The translations under genes were made by a program, and so were the position numbers. The notes beneath the pieces were generated by a model. The model saw only the letters and a program-made list of their open reading frames with translations. It was not told the origin of the DNA and ran no database searches. A stretch of DNA of 64,000 nt from an uncultured Actinomycetes bacterium (GTDB lineage: Bacteria > Actinomycetota > Thermoleophilia > Gaiellales > Gaiellaceae): contig CAVZMF010000005.1 in NCBI GenBank assembly GCA_963776375.1, forward strand, positions 625,595-689,594. The letters are read 5' to 3'. Below are positions 31,480 through 40,909 of the stretch, in pieces. Positions within the stretch are counted from its first letter, which is position 1. Every line of letters starts with the position of its first letter.

Positions 31480-31494
31480 AGCCGATCAATGATC
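31464..31494. promoter_or_regulatory. Perfect 12-7-12 inverted repeat spanning the methyltransferase start codon
   Basis: gatcattgatcg ccaaagc cgatcaatgatc. This is an AT-rich island with four GATC sites. The TTG start (31477-31479) lies in the 7-nt spacer. Confidence 0.4.
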
Positions 31495-31591
31495 TAGCTG
31501 AATCGGCGGATCGTCCAGGGAGCGGCGATCCCGCGTCCACGGCACCCACGACAGCGCTAGACGATCGGTCGACGGGCTTCCGATCGATCGT

Positions 31592-33009
31592 CTAGGGGAC
31601 GACGATCGTGGCGGTGCGGAACAGCCGGTTGCCGTTCTTGTCGTTGATGTTCAAGCTGACCGTGTAGGTCGTCTGGCTGCCGCGCCTTCTTCAGCGGTAC
31701 GACGAAGCTCGCGTAGCCGTCGGTCGCGATCGTCGAGGTCGGCTGCGACACGGCGATGTTGCGGCTTCTTGTAGTACGTCCTCACGGTGGCGCCGAGCAG
31801 AGTGCCGACGGGATCGGTGCTGAGCAGCTCCCAGACGGGAACGCGGACGACCGGATTCGACGACTTCGCCTTCACGTAGACGATCGGGCTGCGGAAGTCG
31901 AGCGAGCGCGCCTTCGCAGTGAACGTGGCGAACGCCGGCTTGCGGGTGTTGTCGATGTTCTCGAGCCCGCTCTGCCACGTGCTGGTCGGGTCGTCGCGGA
32001 AGATGAACCAGATGAACATGAAGATGTAGGGGCTCTGCCCGACGATCGTCATCGCCTGCTTGGCATAGGCGGCCTGCTGGGCGTTCGTGACGCCCTTGGG
32101 CTCCCCGGGCTTCGTCTCGAAGCCGTACTCGGTCACCCAGATGTGCACGAACTTGCGCTTGAACCACTGCTGGAGCTTCTTCTCGAAGGTCGGTATCTGC
32201 GCCAGGTTCACGTTCGGGAACGCCACCTTCGCCGTCGGCCCCTGGCCGGGGCCGGAATACGGGATGGTGAGCCCAGGCGTCGAACTTGAGCTTCGGCTGC
32301 GCCTTCGCGACGAGCTGGGCGAAGAGGCCGGGCGCGACCGTGTCCTGCGTGGAAGTGGAGCCGATCGGGCGTTGGCGTCCGCGCGGCGACGTCTCGCCGA
32401 TGCCGACCTTGGCCTTCGCATCCCCCGCCTTGATCCCGGCGATGAACGCCTTGGCCATCGCTGCGTAGACGGCGGGGGCGACGGGCTTGCCGCCGGGCCC
32501 GTACTGCGGTGCGAGAAACTGCGCCAGGTTCGGCTCGTTCCAGAGCGAGTAGAAGCCGACGTGGGGGAAGCCGGGGAAGCGGCCCGAGTACCGGGACGCG
32601 AGCGCCTGCGAGAACGCCTGCAGGTCGGACATGCTCGAGGGCGCGTGGTTCTCACCCTGTTGTTGTTCGCCCACCCGGGGGTTCCCCAGATCGTCAGCAG
32701 GACCGTCATCCCGCGGAACGTGGCGTTGCGGACAAGCTCGTCGATGTCCTCGAAGTGGTAGGCGGGGTCGAACGGGTCGGTCGCGGTCGCCGGACGCGTC
32801 GGCGCCACGCGCGACCAGTAGGCGGTGGTGCGGATGATCGTCGCGCCCGTGGCGGCCGCGCTGTTGAGGTTCGTCAGCCGATCCTCGCGCCAGCGGAAGG
32901 AGGGGTCGTCCTGAAAGCCGACCGGCATCCGCGGGTACGCAAGGGACGCAGCGGGTGCCGCGGCGGCGAGCACGAGCAGGCAACCGAGGATGAGGCGGGC
33001 ACGTGTCAT
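31592..33009 (-). pseudogene. Secreted clan GH-A glycoside hydrolase (GH5/GH39-like) with at least 4 frameshifts
   Basis: Signal peptide MTRARLILGCLLVLAAAAPAASLA. Catalytic-type motifs LWNEPN and WVTEYGF. Segments switch frame near 32657, 32262, 31763 and 31681. The reconstructed C-terminus is ...GSQTTYTVSLNINDKNGNRLFRTATIVVP*. Confidence 0.6.
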
Positions 33010-33097
33010 ATATGGCGCGGCTCCACGGGCGAGCCGTCTCACCCTACCGCGACCGCCAGACGGGCGAGCGACTACTAACAGACACCTAACGCGGGTT

Positions 33098-33507
33098 TTA
33101 CTCGTCCGTCGTCGGGCGCCGGAGGCGCTTGACCTCGCTGCGTCTGCGCTTCGCGGCGAGGCGTTCCTCGACCGCCTCGCGGTGCGGTCGCGTCGGCCGC
33201 CGCGGCCGTCGCACCCGCAGCGCCTCGCGCAGCGCCGCGACGACCCGCTCGAGCGCGAGCTCGCGGTTGCGGAACTGGCTGCGCTCGTCCTCGGCGACCG
33301 CCTTGACGATCGGCCCCGCGCGCGCGATCACGCGTCGCTTCTGTGCGTCCGTGAGGGACGTCGATTCCTCGACGTCGAACAGCGCTTCGACCCGCGTCTC
33401 CGACTTCTGCGCGTGCTGGCCGCCCGGGCCGCTCGACCTGGACGTGCGGAAGCGGATCTCCGCGCGCCCGATCGAGACGCCGCGCGTGACCTGGATCCGG
33501 TTGCCAC
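33098..33507 (-). CDS. arfB: Alternative ribosome-rescue factor ArfB / class I release-factor-domain protein
   Basis: RSSGPGGQHAQKSETRV (GGQ motif) and a basic C-terminal tail. There is no canonical start in frame. GTG 33507 lies in the +1 frame, suggesting a 1-nt indel or a non-canonical ATT/ATC start. Confidence 0.7.
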
Positions 33508-33556
33508 TAGACTCGCCCGCGATGGCGTCAATTCTGCTTGCAGGGGCTGCTGGTTC

Positions 33557-33922
33557 GTGCGCGTCGGCGTCGACCTGATCGAGATCGAGCGCGTGCGGAG
33601 GACGCTCGCGCGCTACGCCGGGTTCCGCGCGCGCTGCTTCACCGATGCCGAGCGCGCGTACTGCGACTCGCGGCCGAACCCGGCCCAGCATTATGCGGCC
33701 CGGTTCGCGGGCAAGGAGGCGGTCGGCAAGGCACTCGGCTTCGGAGTCGCCGTCCACTTCGCCTGGCGGGAGGTCGAGATCGCCGGCCGGCCCAAGCCGT
33801 CGGTGCGGCTGTCCGGGCGACTGCGCGAGCGCGCCGAGCGGCTGGGCGTGGGCGAGGTCGAGCTGTCGATGACGCACTCGAAGGAGCTCGCCGCCGCGGT
33901 CGCCGTCGCCAGCGATGTTTGA
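33557..33922 (+). CDS. acpS: Holo-[acyl-carrier-protein] synthase
   Basis: 121 aa. VGVDLIEIERV...FAGKEAVGKALG...EVELSMTHSKELAAA. Confidence 0.85.
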   Translation: MRVGVDLIEIERVRRTLARYAGFRARCFTDAERAYCDSRPNPAQHYAARFAGKEAVGKALGFGVAVHFAWREVEIAGRPKPSVRLSGRLRERAERLGVGEVELSMTHSKELAAAVAVASDV

Positions 33923-35264
33923 GCCGCTGTACACGGCCGAGGAGATGCGCCGGGCCGAGGAGGGACACGACGTCGAGGTGCTGATGGACCGTGCCGGGAA
34001 GGCGGTGGCGGACGTTCTGATCGCGGACTTCGAGCACGCCCGGCGGATCACGGTCGTCTGCGGCGGCGGGAACAACGGGGGCGACGGGCGCGTCGCGGCA
34101 CGGTACCTCGAAGAGGCGGGGCGCGAGGTGCGGCTCGTAGACGCCAAGGCGGGGGAGACCGACGTCGGCACGCCGGACGTGATCGTCGACGCGCTCTTCG
34201 GCACCGGGTTCACGGGGGCGCCGCGGCCCGATGCCGTGGGGCTGATCGAGGCGATGAACGCCTCGGAGGCAGCGATCGTCGCCGTCGACCTGCCGTCGGG
34301 CGTGGACGCCTCGACCGGCGAGGTCGCCGGGGCCGCTGTGAACGCCCAGCTCGCCGTCACCTTCCACGGGAAGAAGGTCGGGCAGGCGGTGACCCCGGGT
34401 GCGCTCCAGTGCGACTCGGACAAGGTCGTGGACATCGGTCTCGAGGCGCAGGAGACCGCTCTCCGACGGGTGGCCGGGAAGGAGATCCTGCGGCTCGTGC
34501 CTGCTCGCGGGGCGCGCGACAACAAGTACTCCGCCGGCTCCGTCCTCGTCGTCGGCGGCTCGCGGGGGATGACCGGGGCGGCCGCGCTCTCGGCTCGGGC
34601 AGCCTTCCGCGCCGACGCCGGCTACGTCGCGATCGCCGCGCCGAGCGACTCGATCCCTGTGCTGGAGACGCTCGTGCTGGAGGCCGTGAAGCGGCCGCTC
34701 GACGACGTGTTCGACGCCGTGGGCCGGGCGGGTGCGCTCGCGCTCGGCCCGGGTCTGGGACGTGGGGAGGGCGACAAGGCGCTCGTCCGCCGGCTGCTGG
34801 AGGAGACCGACGTCCCGGCGGTGGTGGATGCGGACGCCCTCTTCGAGCTCGAGCCGTTCGAGCGGAAGGCGCCGACCGTGCTCACGCCGCACTCCGGCGA
34901 GCTCGCCCGCCTGCTCGGTGTCGAGTCCTCATGGGTCGACGCCCATCGGCTGGCGGCGCTCGACCAGGCGGTGGAGCGATTCGGATGCGTCGTCCTGCTG
35001 AAAGGCTTCGGGACGCTCGTCGGCGCGCCGGGCCACGGGGCGATCGTCTGTCCGGGGCGGCCGGCCCTGGCGACGGCCGGCTCGGGAGACGTGCTCACCG
35101 GGATCATCGCCGCATTTCTCTCCAAGGGGCTCGAGCCGCGGATAGCTGCCGCGGCTGGAGCGACGGCACACTCGCATGCCGCGACGGCGGCCGCCAACTC
35201 CCGCGGGCTCGTGGCGAGCGACGTGGTCGAGGCGCTTCCGCGGGTGCTCGGTGCCTCGCTCTGA
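33915..35264 (+). CDS. nnr: Bifunctional NAD(P)H-hydrate epimerase/dehydratase
   Basis: 449 aa. YjeF_N motif VVCGGGNNGGDG and C-terminal kinase-like GPGLGRG ... AGSGDVLTG. Confidence 0.9.
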   Translation: MFEPLYTAEEMRRAEEGHDVEVLMDRAGKAVADVLIADFEHARRITVVCGGGNNGGDGRVAARYLEEAGREVRLVDAKAGETDVGTPDVIVDALFGTGFTGAPRPDAVGLIEAMNASEAAIVAVDLPSGVDASTGEVAGAAVNAQLAVTFHGKKVGQAVTPGALQCDSDKVVDIGLEAQETALRRVAGKEILRLVPARGARDNKYSAGSVLVVGGSRGMTGAAALSARAAFRADAGYVAIAAPSDSIPVLETLVLEAVKRPLDDVFDAVGRAGALALGPGLGRGEGDKALVRRLLEETDVPAVVDADALFELEPFERKAPTVLTPHSGELARLLGVESSWVDAHRLAALDQAVERFGCVVLLKGFGTLVGAPGHGAIVCPGRPALATAGSGDVLTGIIAAFLSKGLEPRIAAAAGATAHSHAATAAANSRGLVASDVVEALPRVLGASL

Positions 35265-36261
35265 AGTCACGATCGACCTCGGCGCGGTGCGGCGGAACGT
35301 CGTCCGGCTGCGCGAAGTGCTCGGCGACACCGCACTCTGGGCGGTCGTCAAGGCCGACGGCTACGGACACGGCGCGGCCGACGTGGCCAGGGCCGCTGCG
35401 GACGCGGGCGCGACGGCCCTGTGCGTCGCGAACGTGGCCGAGGGACTGTCCCTCAGGCATGTCCTGCCGGGACAGAGGGTCATCGTTCTCGGCCCGGCAG
35501 GGGACGTTCGCAAGGCTCGCGAGGCGCGGCTCGAGCTCGTCGTCGGCGACGGGCCGATCCCGAAGGACGTGCCCGTGCACGTCAAGCTCGACACCGGCAT
35601 GGGCCGCTACGGGTTCCGCAAGCTCCGAGCCCTTCCCGCCAACGTCGTCGGGCTCATGACTCACCTGGCCACGGCAGACTCGGACACGGCATTCGCCGAC
35701 CGGCAGCTCGCGCGCTTTCGCGAGGCGACCGCAGGCTCGAATCTCACGCTGCACGCCGCCAACAGCGCAGCCGCGCTGCGGATCCCGTCCTCGCGCTTCG
35801 ACGCGGCACGCGTCGGGATCGCGCTTTACGGCCTGTCGCCGTTCGGCACGGATCCCGCGGACGACGGGCTCGAGCCGGTGCTCTCGTGGCGGAGCGGGCT
35901 GGCGCAGGTGAAGCAGCTCCAGCCGGGCGAGAGCACGGGCTACGGGCGGACGTTCGTCGCCGAGCGACCCACATGGATCGGGATCGTTCCGGTGGGATAC
36001 GCCGACGGCTTCCGACGCGACCTCAGCGGGACGGAGATCCTCGTCGACGGCGAGCGCCGCCGCGTCGTCGGGACCGTGTCGATGGACTCGTTCGCCGTCG
36101 AGCTCCCCGGCCTGCTCCCCGCAGGCACACCGGTCACGCTGATCGGCGACGGCCTGCTCGCCGAGGAGCACGCCCGCCACGCCGTCACGATCACCTACGA
36201 GCTGACCACGGGCCTGAACGCGAATCCCGACCGCACGACCCGCAAGGTGATCGATGCTTGA
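35251..36261 (+). CDS. alr: Alanine racemase
   Basis: PLP-lysine motif AVVKADGYGHG, plus C-terminal beta-domain motifs (VPVGYADG, VSMD). Confidence 0.92.
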   Translation: MPRSEVTIDLGAVRRNVVRLREVLGDTALWAVVKADGYGHGAADVARAAADAGATALCVANVAEGLSLRHVLPGQRVIVLGPAGDVRKAREARLELVVGDGPIPKDVPVHVKLDTGMGRYGFRKLRALPANVVGLMTHLATADSDTAFADRQLARFREATAGSNLTLHAANSAAALRIPSSRFDAARVGIALYGLSPFGTDPADDGLEPVLSWRSGLAQVKQLQPGESTGYGRTFVAERPTWIGIVPVGYADGFRRDLSGTEILVDGERRRVVGTVSMDSFAVELPGLLPAGTPVTLIGDGLLAEEHARHAVTITYELTTGLNANPDRTTRKVIDA

Positions 36262-37276
36262 ACTGGCTGTCGAGCTCCTGTCCGGCGAGGACGCGTACGT
36301 GGTCGGCGGCACCGTGCGCGACGAGCTGCTCGGCCGCGAGATCCTGGACCTCGACATCGCCTGCCGCGAGCCGGAACAGGCTGCGCGGGCATACGCGGAC
36401 CGAGCCGGGGGCGCGCCTTTTCCGCTGTCGGTGACCCACGGCGGATGGAGGGTGGCGCTGGGCGGCGGCCGGACGGTCGACTTCACGCCGTTCGGCGGCT
36501 CGATCGAGGACGACCTCTCCACCCGCGACTTCACGATCAACGCGATCGCCAGGCCGCTCCACGGCGGTGGCCACGTCGATCCTTTCGGCGGGCGCGGAGA
36601 TCTGGAGAGGGAGCTCGTGCGTGCCGTCGACGCCGGCGTGTTCGAGCGCGACCCGCTGCGGCTGCTGCGCGCCGTCCGCTTCGAGGACGAGCTCGGCTTC
36701 GCGGTCGAGCGGCGCACCGAGCGGCTGGTCCGCGAGCATGCCGGGCTCGTGGCGCAACCGGCCGGCGAGCGGGTGCTCGACGTCCTCCTGCGGCTGAGCG
36801 TCGCCGGCTGGCGGCGGCTGGACGACCTCGGTCTCCTGGATCCGCTCGGGGGCTCGCTCGACCTCGCCGTGCGCGCTGACGCCGTCGACTCGGGCGAGTA
36901 CCGGCTCGTCGTCTTCCTGCAGGACTCGCTGGGCCTGCTGCCCGTGTCGCGCGACCTGCGCCGCTACGCCGTTGCGCTCCTGCGCAGCTCGCCGCCGGCC
37001 GGCTCGACGCCGCGCGACCTCCACCGCTTCCGGCGCCAGACGGAGCCCTGGGCTCTCGACGCGCTCGCCTTCCACGAGCGCTCCGACCTCGCCGACGCGC
37101 TCGTTCGGTCACGCGCCGCCGACCCCGCGGAGCCGCTCCTCCGCGGCGACGAGCTCGGCCTGCCGGCCGGCCCGCAGATCGGCGACCTGCTGGAGCTGAT
37201 CGCCGAGGAACGGGCAGCAGGCACCATTTCCACCAGGGAGGAGGCACTCGAGCTTGTCAGACGACACACACGCTGA
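36254..37276 (+). CDS. tRNA nucleotidyltransferase / poly(A) polymerase family protein (CCA-adding-like head domain)
   Basis: YVVGGTVRDELLGREILDLDIA, RDFTINA and DPLRLLRAVRF motifs. 340 aa with no HD domain. Confidence 0.75.
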   Translation: MLELAVELLSGEDAYVVGGTVRDELLGREILDLDIACREPEQAARAYADRAGGAPFPLSVTHGGWRVALGGGRTVDFTPFGGSIEDDLSTRDFTINAIARPLHGGGHVDPFGGRGDLERELVRAVDAGVFERDPLRLLRAVRFEDELGFAVERRTERLVREHAGLVAQPAGERVLDVLLRLSVAGWRRLDDLGLLDPLGGSLDLAVRADAVDSGEYRLVVFLQDSLGLLPVSRDLRRYAVALLRSSPPAGSTPRDLHRFRRQTEPWALDALAFHERSDLADALVRSRAADPAEPLLRGDELGLPAGPQIGDLLELIAEERAAGTISTREEALELVRRHTR

Positions 37277-37982
37277 GCGGGTCCGCGGGCGCTTCGCGCG
37301 CACGTCGGCCCAGATGGTCGAGCGCGAGCTGAAGCGGCGCGACGACCTCCGGGAACACCTCAGGCGTTTCGTGCCGCTTGCGGGCAACGAGCGCGTACTC
37401 GACTCGGGCGCCGGGACGGGCGCGCTCGCGCTCGCCCTGGGCCCGCTCGTCGCGCGGGTCGTCGCGCTCGACCTCGTCCCCGAGCTCCTCGTTCTCGGAC
37501 GGCAGCAGGCCGCCGCCGCCGGCCTCGACCGAGTCGTGTTCGTCGAGGGCGACGCGACGGCGCTCCCGTTCGAGCGCGACGCCTTCGACCTGGCGGCCTG
37601 CCACAGGACGCTGCACCACGTCGCGCGTCCCGAGCTCGTGATCTCGGAGCTGGCCCGGGTGACGACGATCGGCGGCCGGGTGCTCGTGATCGACCAGATC
37701 GCGCCGGTCGACCCGCTCGCGGCGATCGAGCTGGACGGCTTCGAGCGCACTCGCGACCCCTCGCACACGCGGCTGCTCCCGGACACCGACATCCGGTCGA
37801 TGCTCGACGCCAACGGGCTCGTCCTGCGCGCCTCGCGTCAGGACCAGGAGGTGAGGGAGCTCGACAGCTATCTCGATCTCGCCGGCTGCGCCGGCGACGA
37901 GCGGGAGACCGCGGCGTCCGTCGCGCCCTCACAGCTCGTCGCCACCATCGGCTGGTACCTGGCGGCGAAGCCGCTGCCTTGA
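37254..37982 (+). CDS. Class I SAM-dependent methyltransferase
   Basis: VLDSGAGTGALAL ... ALPFERDAFDLAACHRTLHHV. Confidence 0.75.
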   Translation: MSDDTHAERVRGRFARTSAQMVERELKRRDDLREHLRRFVPLAGNERVLDSGAGTGALALALGPLVARVVALDLVPELLVLGRQQAAAAGLDRVVFVEGDATALPFERDAFDLAACHRTLHHVARPELVISELARVTTIGGRVLVIDQIAPVDPLAAIELDGFERTRDPSHTRLLPDTDIRSMLDANGLVLRASRQDQEVRELDSYLDLAGCAGDERETAASVAPSQLVATIGWYLAAKPLP

Positions 37983-37998
37983 TGCGTAAGCTAGCGCG

Positions 37999-39217
37999 GT
38001 GACCGAGGACCTCTCCCGGCTCGCGGACCTCGCCGTCGCAGTCGGCGCGAACGTGCAGCCCGGCCAGATCGTCGGCGTCAGCGCCGAGATCGGCCACGAG
38101 AAGATCGCCCGCGCAATCGCCGCAAGCGCGTACGAGCGCGGGGCGAAGTTCGTCGACGTCTGGTACATCGACCCGCTCGTGAAGCGGGCCCGGATCGAGT
38201 TCGCGCCCGACGACACACTCGAGTACGTCCCGCCCTGGTACGGCGAGCGCATCCTCTCGCTCGGCGAGGAGCGCGGCGCGAACATCGTCACCCGCGGGCT
38301 GACGGTGCCGAACGCGCTCGAGGGCCTCGATCCGAAGCGGGCCGGCCGCGACCAGCTGCCGCGGATCAAGGAGACGAACGTGATCGTCAACGAGCGGACG
38401 GTCAACTGGACGATCGTCGCCTATCCGACCGTGCCCTGGGCGCGGCTCTGCTACCCCGACCTCGACGACGACGCGGCGCTCGCCCGGCTGTGGGATGAGG
38501 TCAAGCACGTCAGCCGCCTGGACGAGCCCGATCCGCTCGAGGCCTGGGAGCAGCGGATCACCCAGCTCGAGCGCGCCGCCGAGGCTCTGAACGACGCCGA
38601 TCTCGACGCGATCCACTTCGAGGGCGAGGGCACCGACCTGACCATCGGCCTGCTGCCGACGTCGATCTGGCGGATGGCGCGCTGGGCCACGATCGACGGC
38701 CTCAGGCACCTGCCCAACGTTCCCACGGAGGAGGTGTTCACCTCGCCCGACCCGGAGCGCGTCGAGGGCCACGTGCGCTCGACGAAGCCGCTCGTGCTCA
38801 CCGACGGGACGATGGTCACCGGCCTCGAGGTGCGCTTCGAGGGCGGCCGGGCCGTCGAGATCACCGCCGACGAGGGCGCGCGAAGTGCTGCGCGGACGTA
38901 CCCAGATCGACGACGGCGCCGCTCGGCTCGGCGAGATCGCGCTCGTCGACCGCGAGAGCCGGATCGGGCAGCTCGGCACCGTCTTCTACGAGACGCTCCT
39001 GGACGAGAACGCGGCCAGCCACATCGCCTTCGGCGCCGGCTTCTCGTTCGCCGTCGAGAGCGACGAGGACCGCGCGCGCATCAACCAGAGCGCGGTGCAC
39101 ATCGACTTCATGATCGGCGGCAACGACGTCGACGTCACCGGTGTGCGGCGCGACGGCGAGCGGCTGCCGCTGCTCCGCGGCGGCGTCTGGCAGCTCGCCG
39201 CGGTCCCTGCCGCTTGA
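37999..39217 (+). CDS. M29-family aminopeptidase (AmpS/PepS-like), copy 1, with one +1 frameshift near 38880
   Basis: LADLAVAVGANVQPGQIV...NWTIVAYPT...PNVPTEEVFTSP lie in frame 0. EVLRGRTQIDDGAARLGEIALVD...HIAFG...HIDFMIGG lie in the next frame. The extra base is in ggcgcgcgaag. Confidence 0.75.
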
Positions 39218-40512
39218 CGCCCGCCGCGCTGACCGAACGGCTCGCCGAGCTCGCGGTCGGGATCGGCGCGAACGTGCAGCCGGGCCAGATCGTCTCCATC
39301 TCGGCGGACATCGATCTCCAGGAGGTCGTGCGCGAGGTCGCCGCCCGCGCCTACCGCCGCGGCGCGAAGTTCGTGGACGTCAGCTACTACGACCCCGAGG
39401 TGAAGCGTGCGCGCATCCAGCACGCCTCGCCCGACACGCTCGACTTCGTCCCGCCCTGGTACGGCCGCCGCGTGTTCGAGCTCGGCGAGAACCATGCGGC
39501 GCGGGTCGTCATCGCCGCGCCGCCCAACCCGCAGGCTCTGGACGGTCTCGACCCGGACCGCCTCGGCCGCGACCAGCTCCCCGCGATCGCCGAGTGGATG
39601 CAGGTGCTCGCCCACCGCACCGTGAACTGGACGATCATCCCCTATCCCACCGTGCCCTGGGCGAGGCTGGTCCATCCGGATCTCGACGACGAGGATGCCT
39701 TCGACCGGCTCTGCCGCGACATCGTGTACGTCTGTCGGCTCGACGAGCCCGATCCCGCCGCCGCGTGGAGGCAGCGGACGGCCGAGCTGACCGACGTCGG
39801 GGGCCGCCTGAACGCGCTGGAGCTCGACGCGGTCCACTTCGAAGGGCCCGGCACCGACCTGACGATCGGTCTGCTGCCCAGCTCGAGCTGGATCGGCGCG
39901 GTCTCGTGGACGGTCGACGGCCTCGAGCACCTGCCGAACGTTCCGACGGAGGAGGTGTTCACGACGCCCGACCCGGAGCGCGCCGAGGGCCGGGTGCGCT
40001 CGACGAAGCCGCTCGTGCTCGTCGACGGGTCGATCGTCCGCGGGCTCGAGGTCCGCTTCGAGGGCGGTCGCGCCGTCCAGATCGACGCCGAGCAGGGCGC
40101 CGAGGTGATCAGGGCGCGAACGGCGCGGGACGAGGGGGCGTCGCGGCTCGGCGAGGTGGCGCTCGTCGACCGGGAGAGCCGGATCGGACAGCTCGACACC
40201 GTCTTCTACGAGACACTCCTGGACGAGAACGCGACCAGCCACGTCGCCTTCGGCTCGGCGTACGAGGAGGCCGTGTCGGAGGAGGACGTGCCCCGCGTCA
40301 ACAAGAGCGGCACGCACATCGACTTCATGCTCGGCGGCGACGACGTCGACGTGACCGGGATCACCCGCGGCGGCGAGCGGGTGCCGCTCCTCCGCGCCGG
40401 CGCCTGGCAGATCTGGCACGGGGGAAACAGCCGGTTTCCCCCCTCCCCTTCGTGGCGCGTCTCGAGCGGCTTGAGCTACGCCGCGGCAAAGCCACGGCTC
40501 CGCGGCAGCTGA
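39214..40512 (+). CDS. M29-family aminopeptidase, copy 2 (C-terminal extension runs into repeat element B)
   Basis: TTG 39214 overlaps the copy 1 stop. It is collinear with copy 1 at roughly 55-60% identity by eye. After ...RAGAWQI the frame continues 32 codons through the repeat element to TGA 40510-40512. Confidence 0.8.
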   Translation: MTPAALTERLAELAVGIGANVQPGQIVSISADIDLQEVVREVAARAYRRGAKFVDVSYYDPEVKRARIQHASPDTLDFVPPWYGRRVFELGENHAARVVIAAPPNPQALDGLDPDRLGRDQLPAIAEWMQVLAHRTVNWTIIPYPTVPWARLVHPDLDDEDAFDRLCRDIVYVCRLDEPDPAAAWRQRTAELTDVGGRLNALELDAVHFEGPGTDLTIGLLPSSSWIGAVSWTVDGLEHLPNVPTEEVFTTPDPERAEGRVRSTKPLVLVDGSIVRGLEVRFEGGRAVQIDAEQGAEVIRARTARDEGASRLGEVALVDRESRIGQLDTVFYETLLDENATSHVAFGSAYEEAVSEEDVPRVNKSGTHIDFMLGGDDVDVTGITRGGERVPLLRAGAWQIWHGGNSRFPPSPSWRVSSGLSYAAAKPRLRGS

Positions 40513-40523
40513 ACCGCGTGGCG
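40414..40523 (+). repeat. Copy B of the ~110-bp two-hairpin element
   Basis: TGGcac gggggaaa-cagccgg-tttccccc ctccccttcgtggcgc ... gagctacgccgcggcaaagccacggctccgcggc ... gcgtggcg. See copy A at 12093-12211. Confidence 0.5.
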
Positions 40524-40633
40524 AGCCCGTGATCGACGAGCGGATTCCCCGGCTCCGCGCGCACCTGGCAGATCTGAGACGAGCGCCGCCAGCGCCGCGG
40601 CGCCGAGCAGCAGGAGGACGGAAGGGCGCGTGT

Positions 40634-40909
40634 TCACGGGGAGGCTCCCTTCGATTCGGTGAGGGCCTCGGAGACGCGCTCGAACGGCAGGGCCGCCCGC
40701 TGGGCGACCGCGCGCACGACGTCGGCCGAGACGGCCTCGTAGAGGAAGAAGCAGGTCTCGTCGTCGGGGACGAAGATCGAGTGCAGGAACGTGACCGGGG
40801 TTCCCTCGCTGGTCAGCTCTTCGGCGGCGGTACGTGCCTGCGCCGACCGGCGCTCGAGCGCGTCACCGCCGCCGCGTGCGAGGTAGACCTCGACGAGAAA
40901 CTCGGTCAT
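40634..40909 (-). CDS. Conserved hypothetical small alpha/beta protein
   Basis: 91 aa from ATG 40909: MTEFLVEVYLARGG...AAEELTSEGTPVTFLHSIFVPDDETCFFLYEA. High GC3. The pattern recalls a family of small actinobacterial proteins; the family name is not certain. Confidence 0.55.
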   Translation of the reverse strand: MTEFLVEVYLARGGGDALERRSAQARTAAEELTSEGTPVTFLHSIFVPDDETCFFLYEAVSADVVRAVAQRAALPFERVSEALTESKGASP

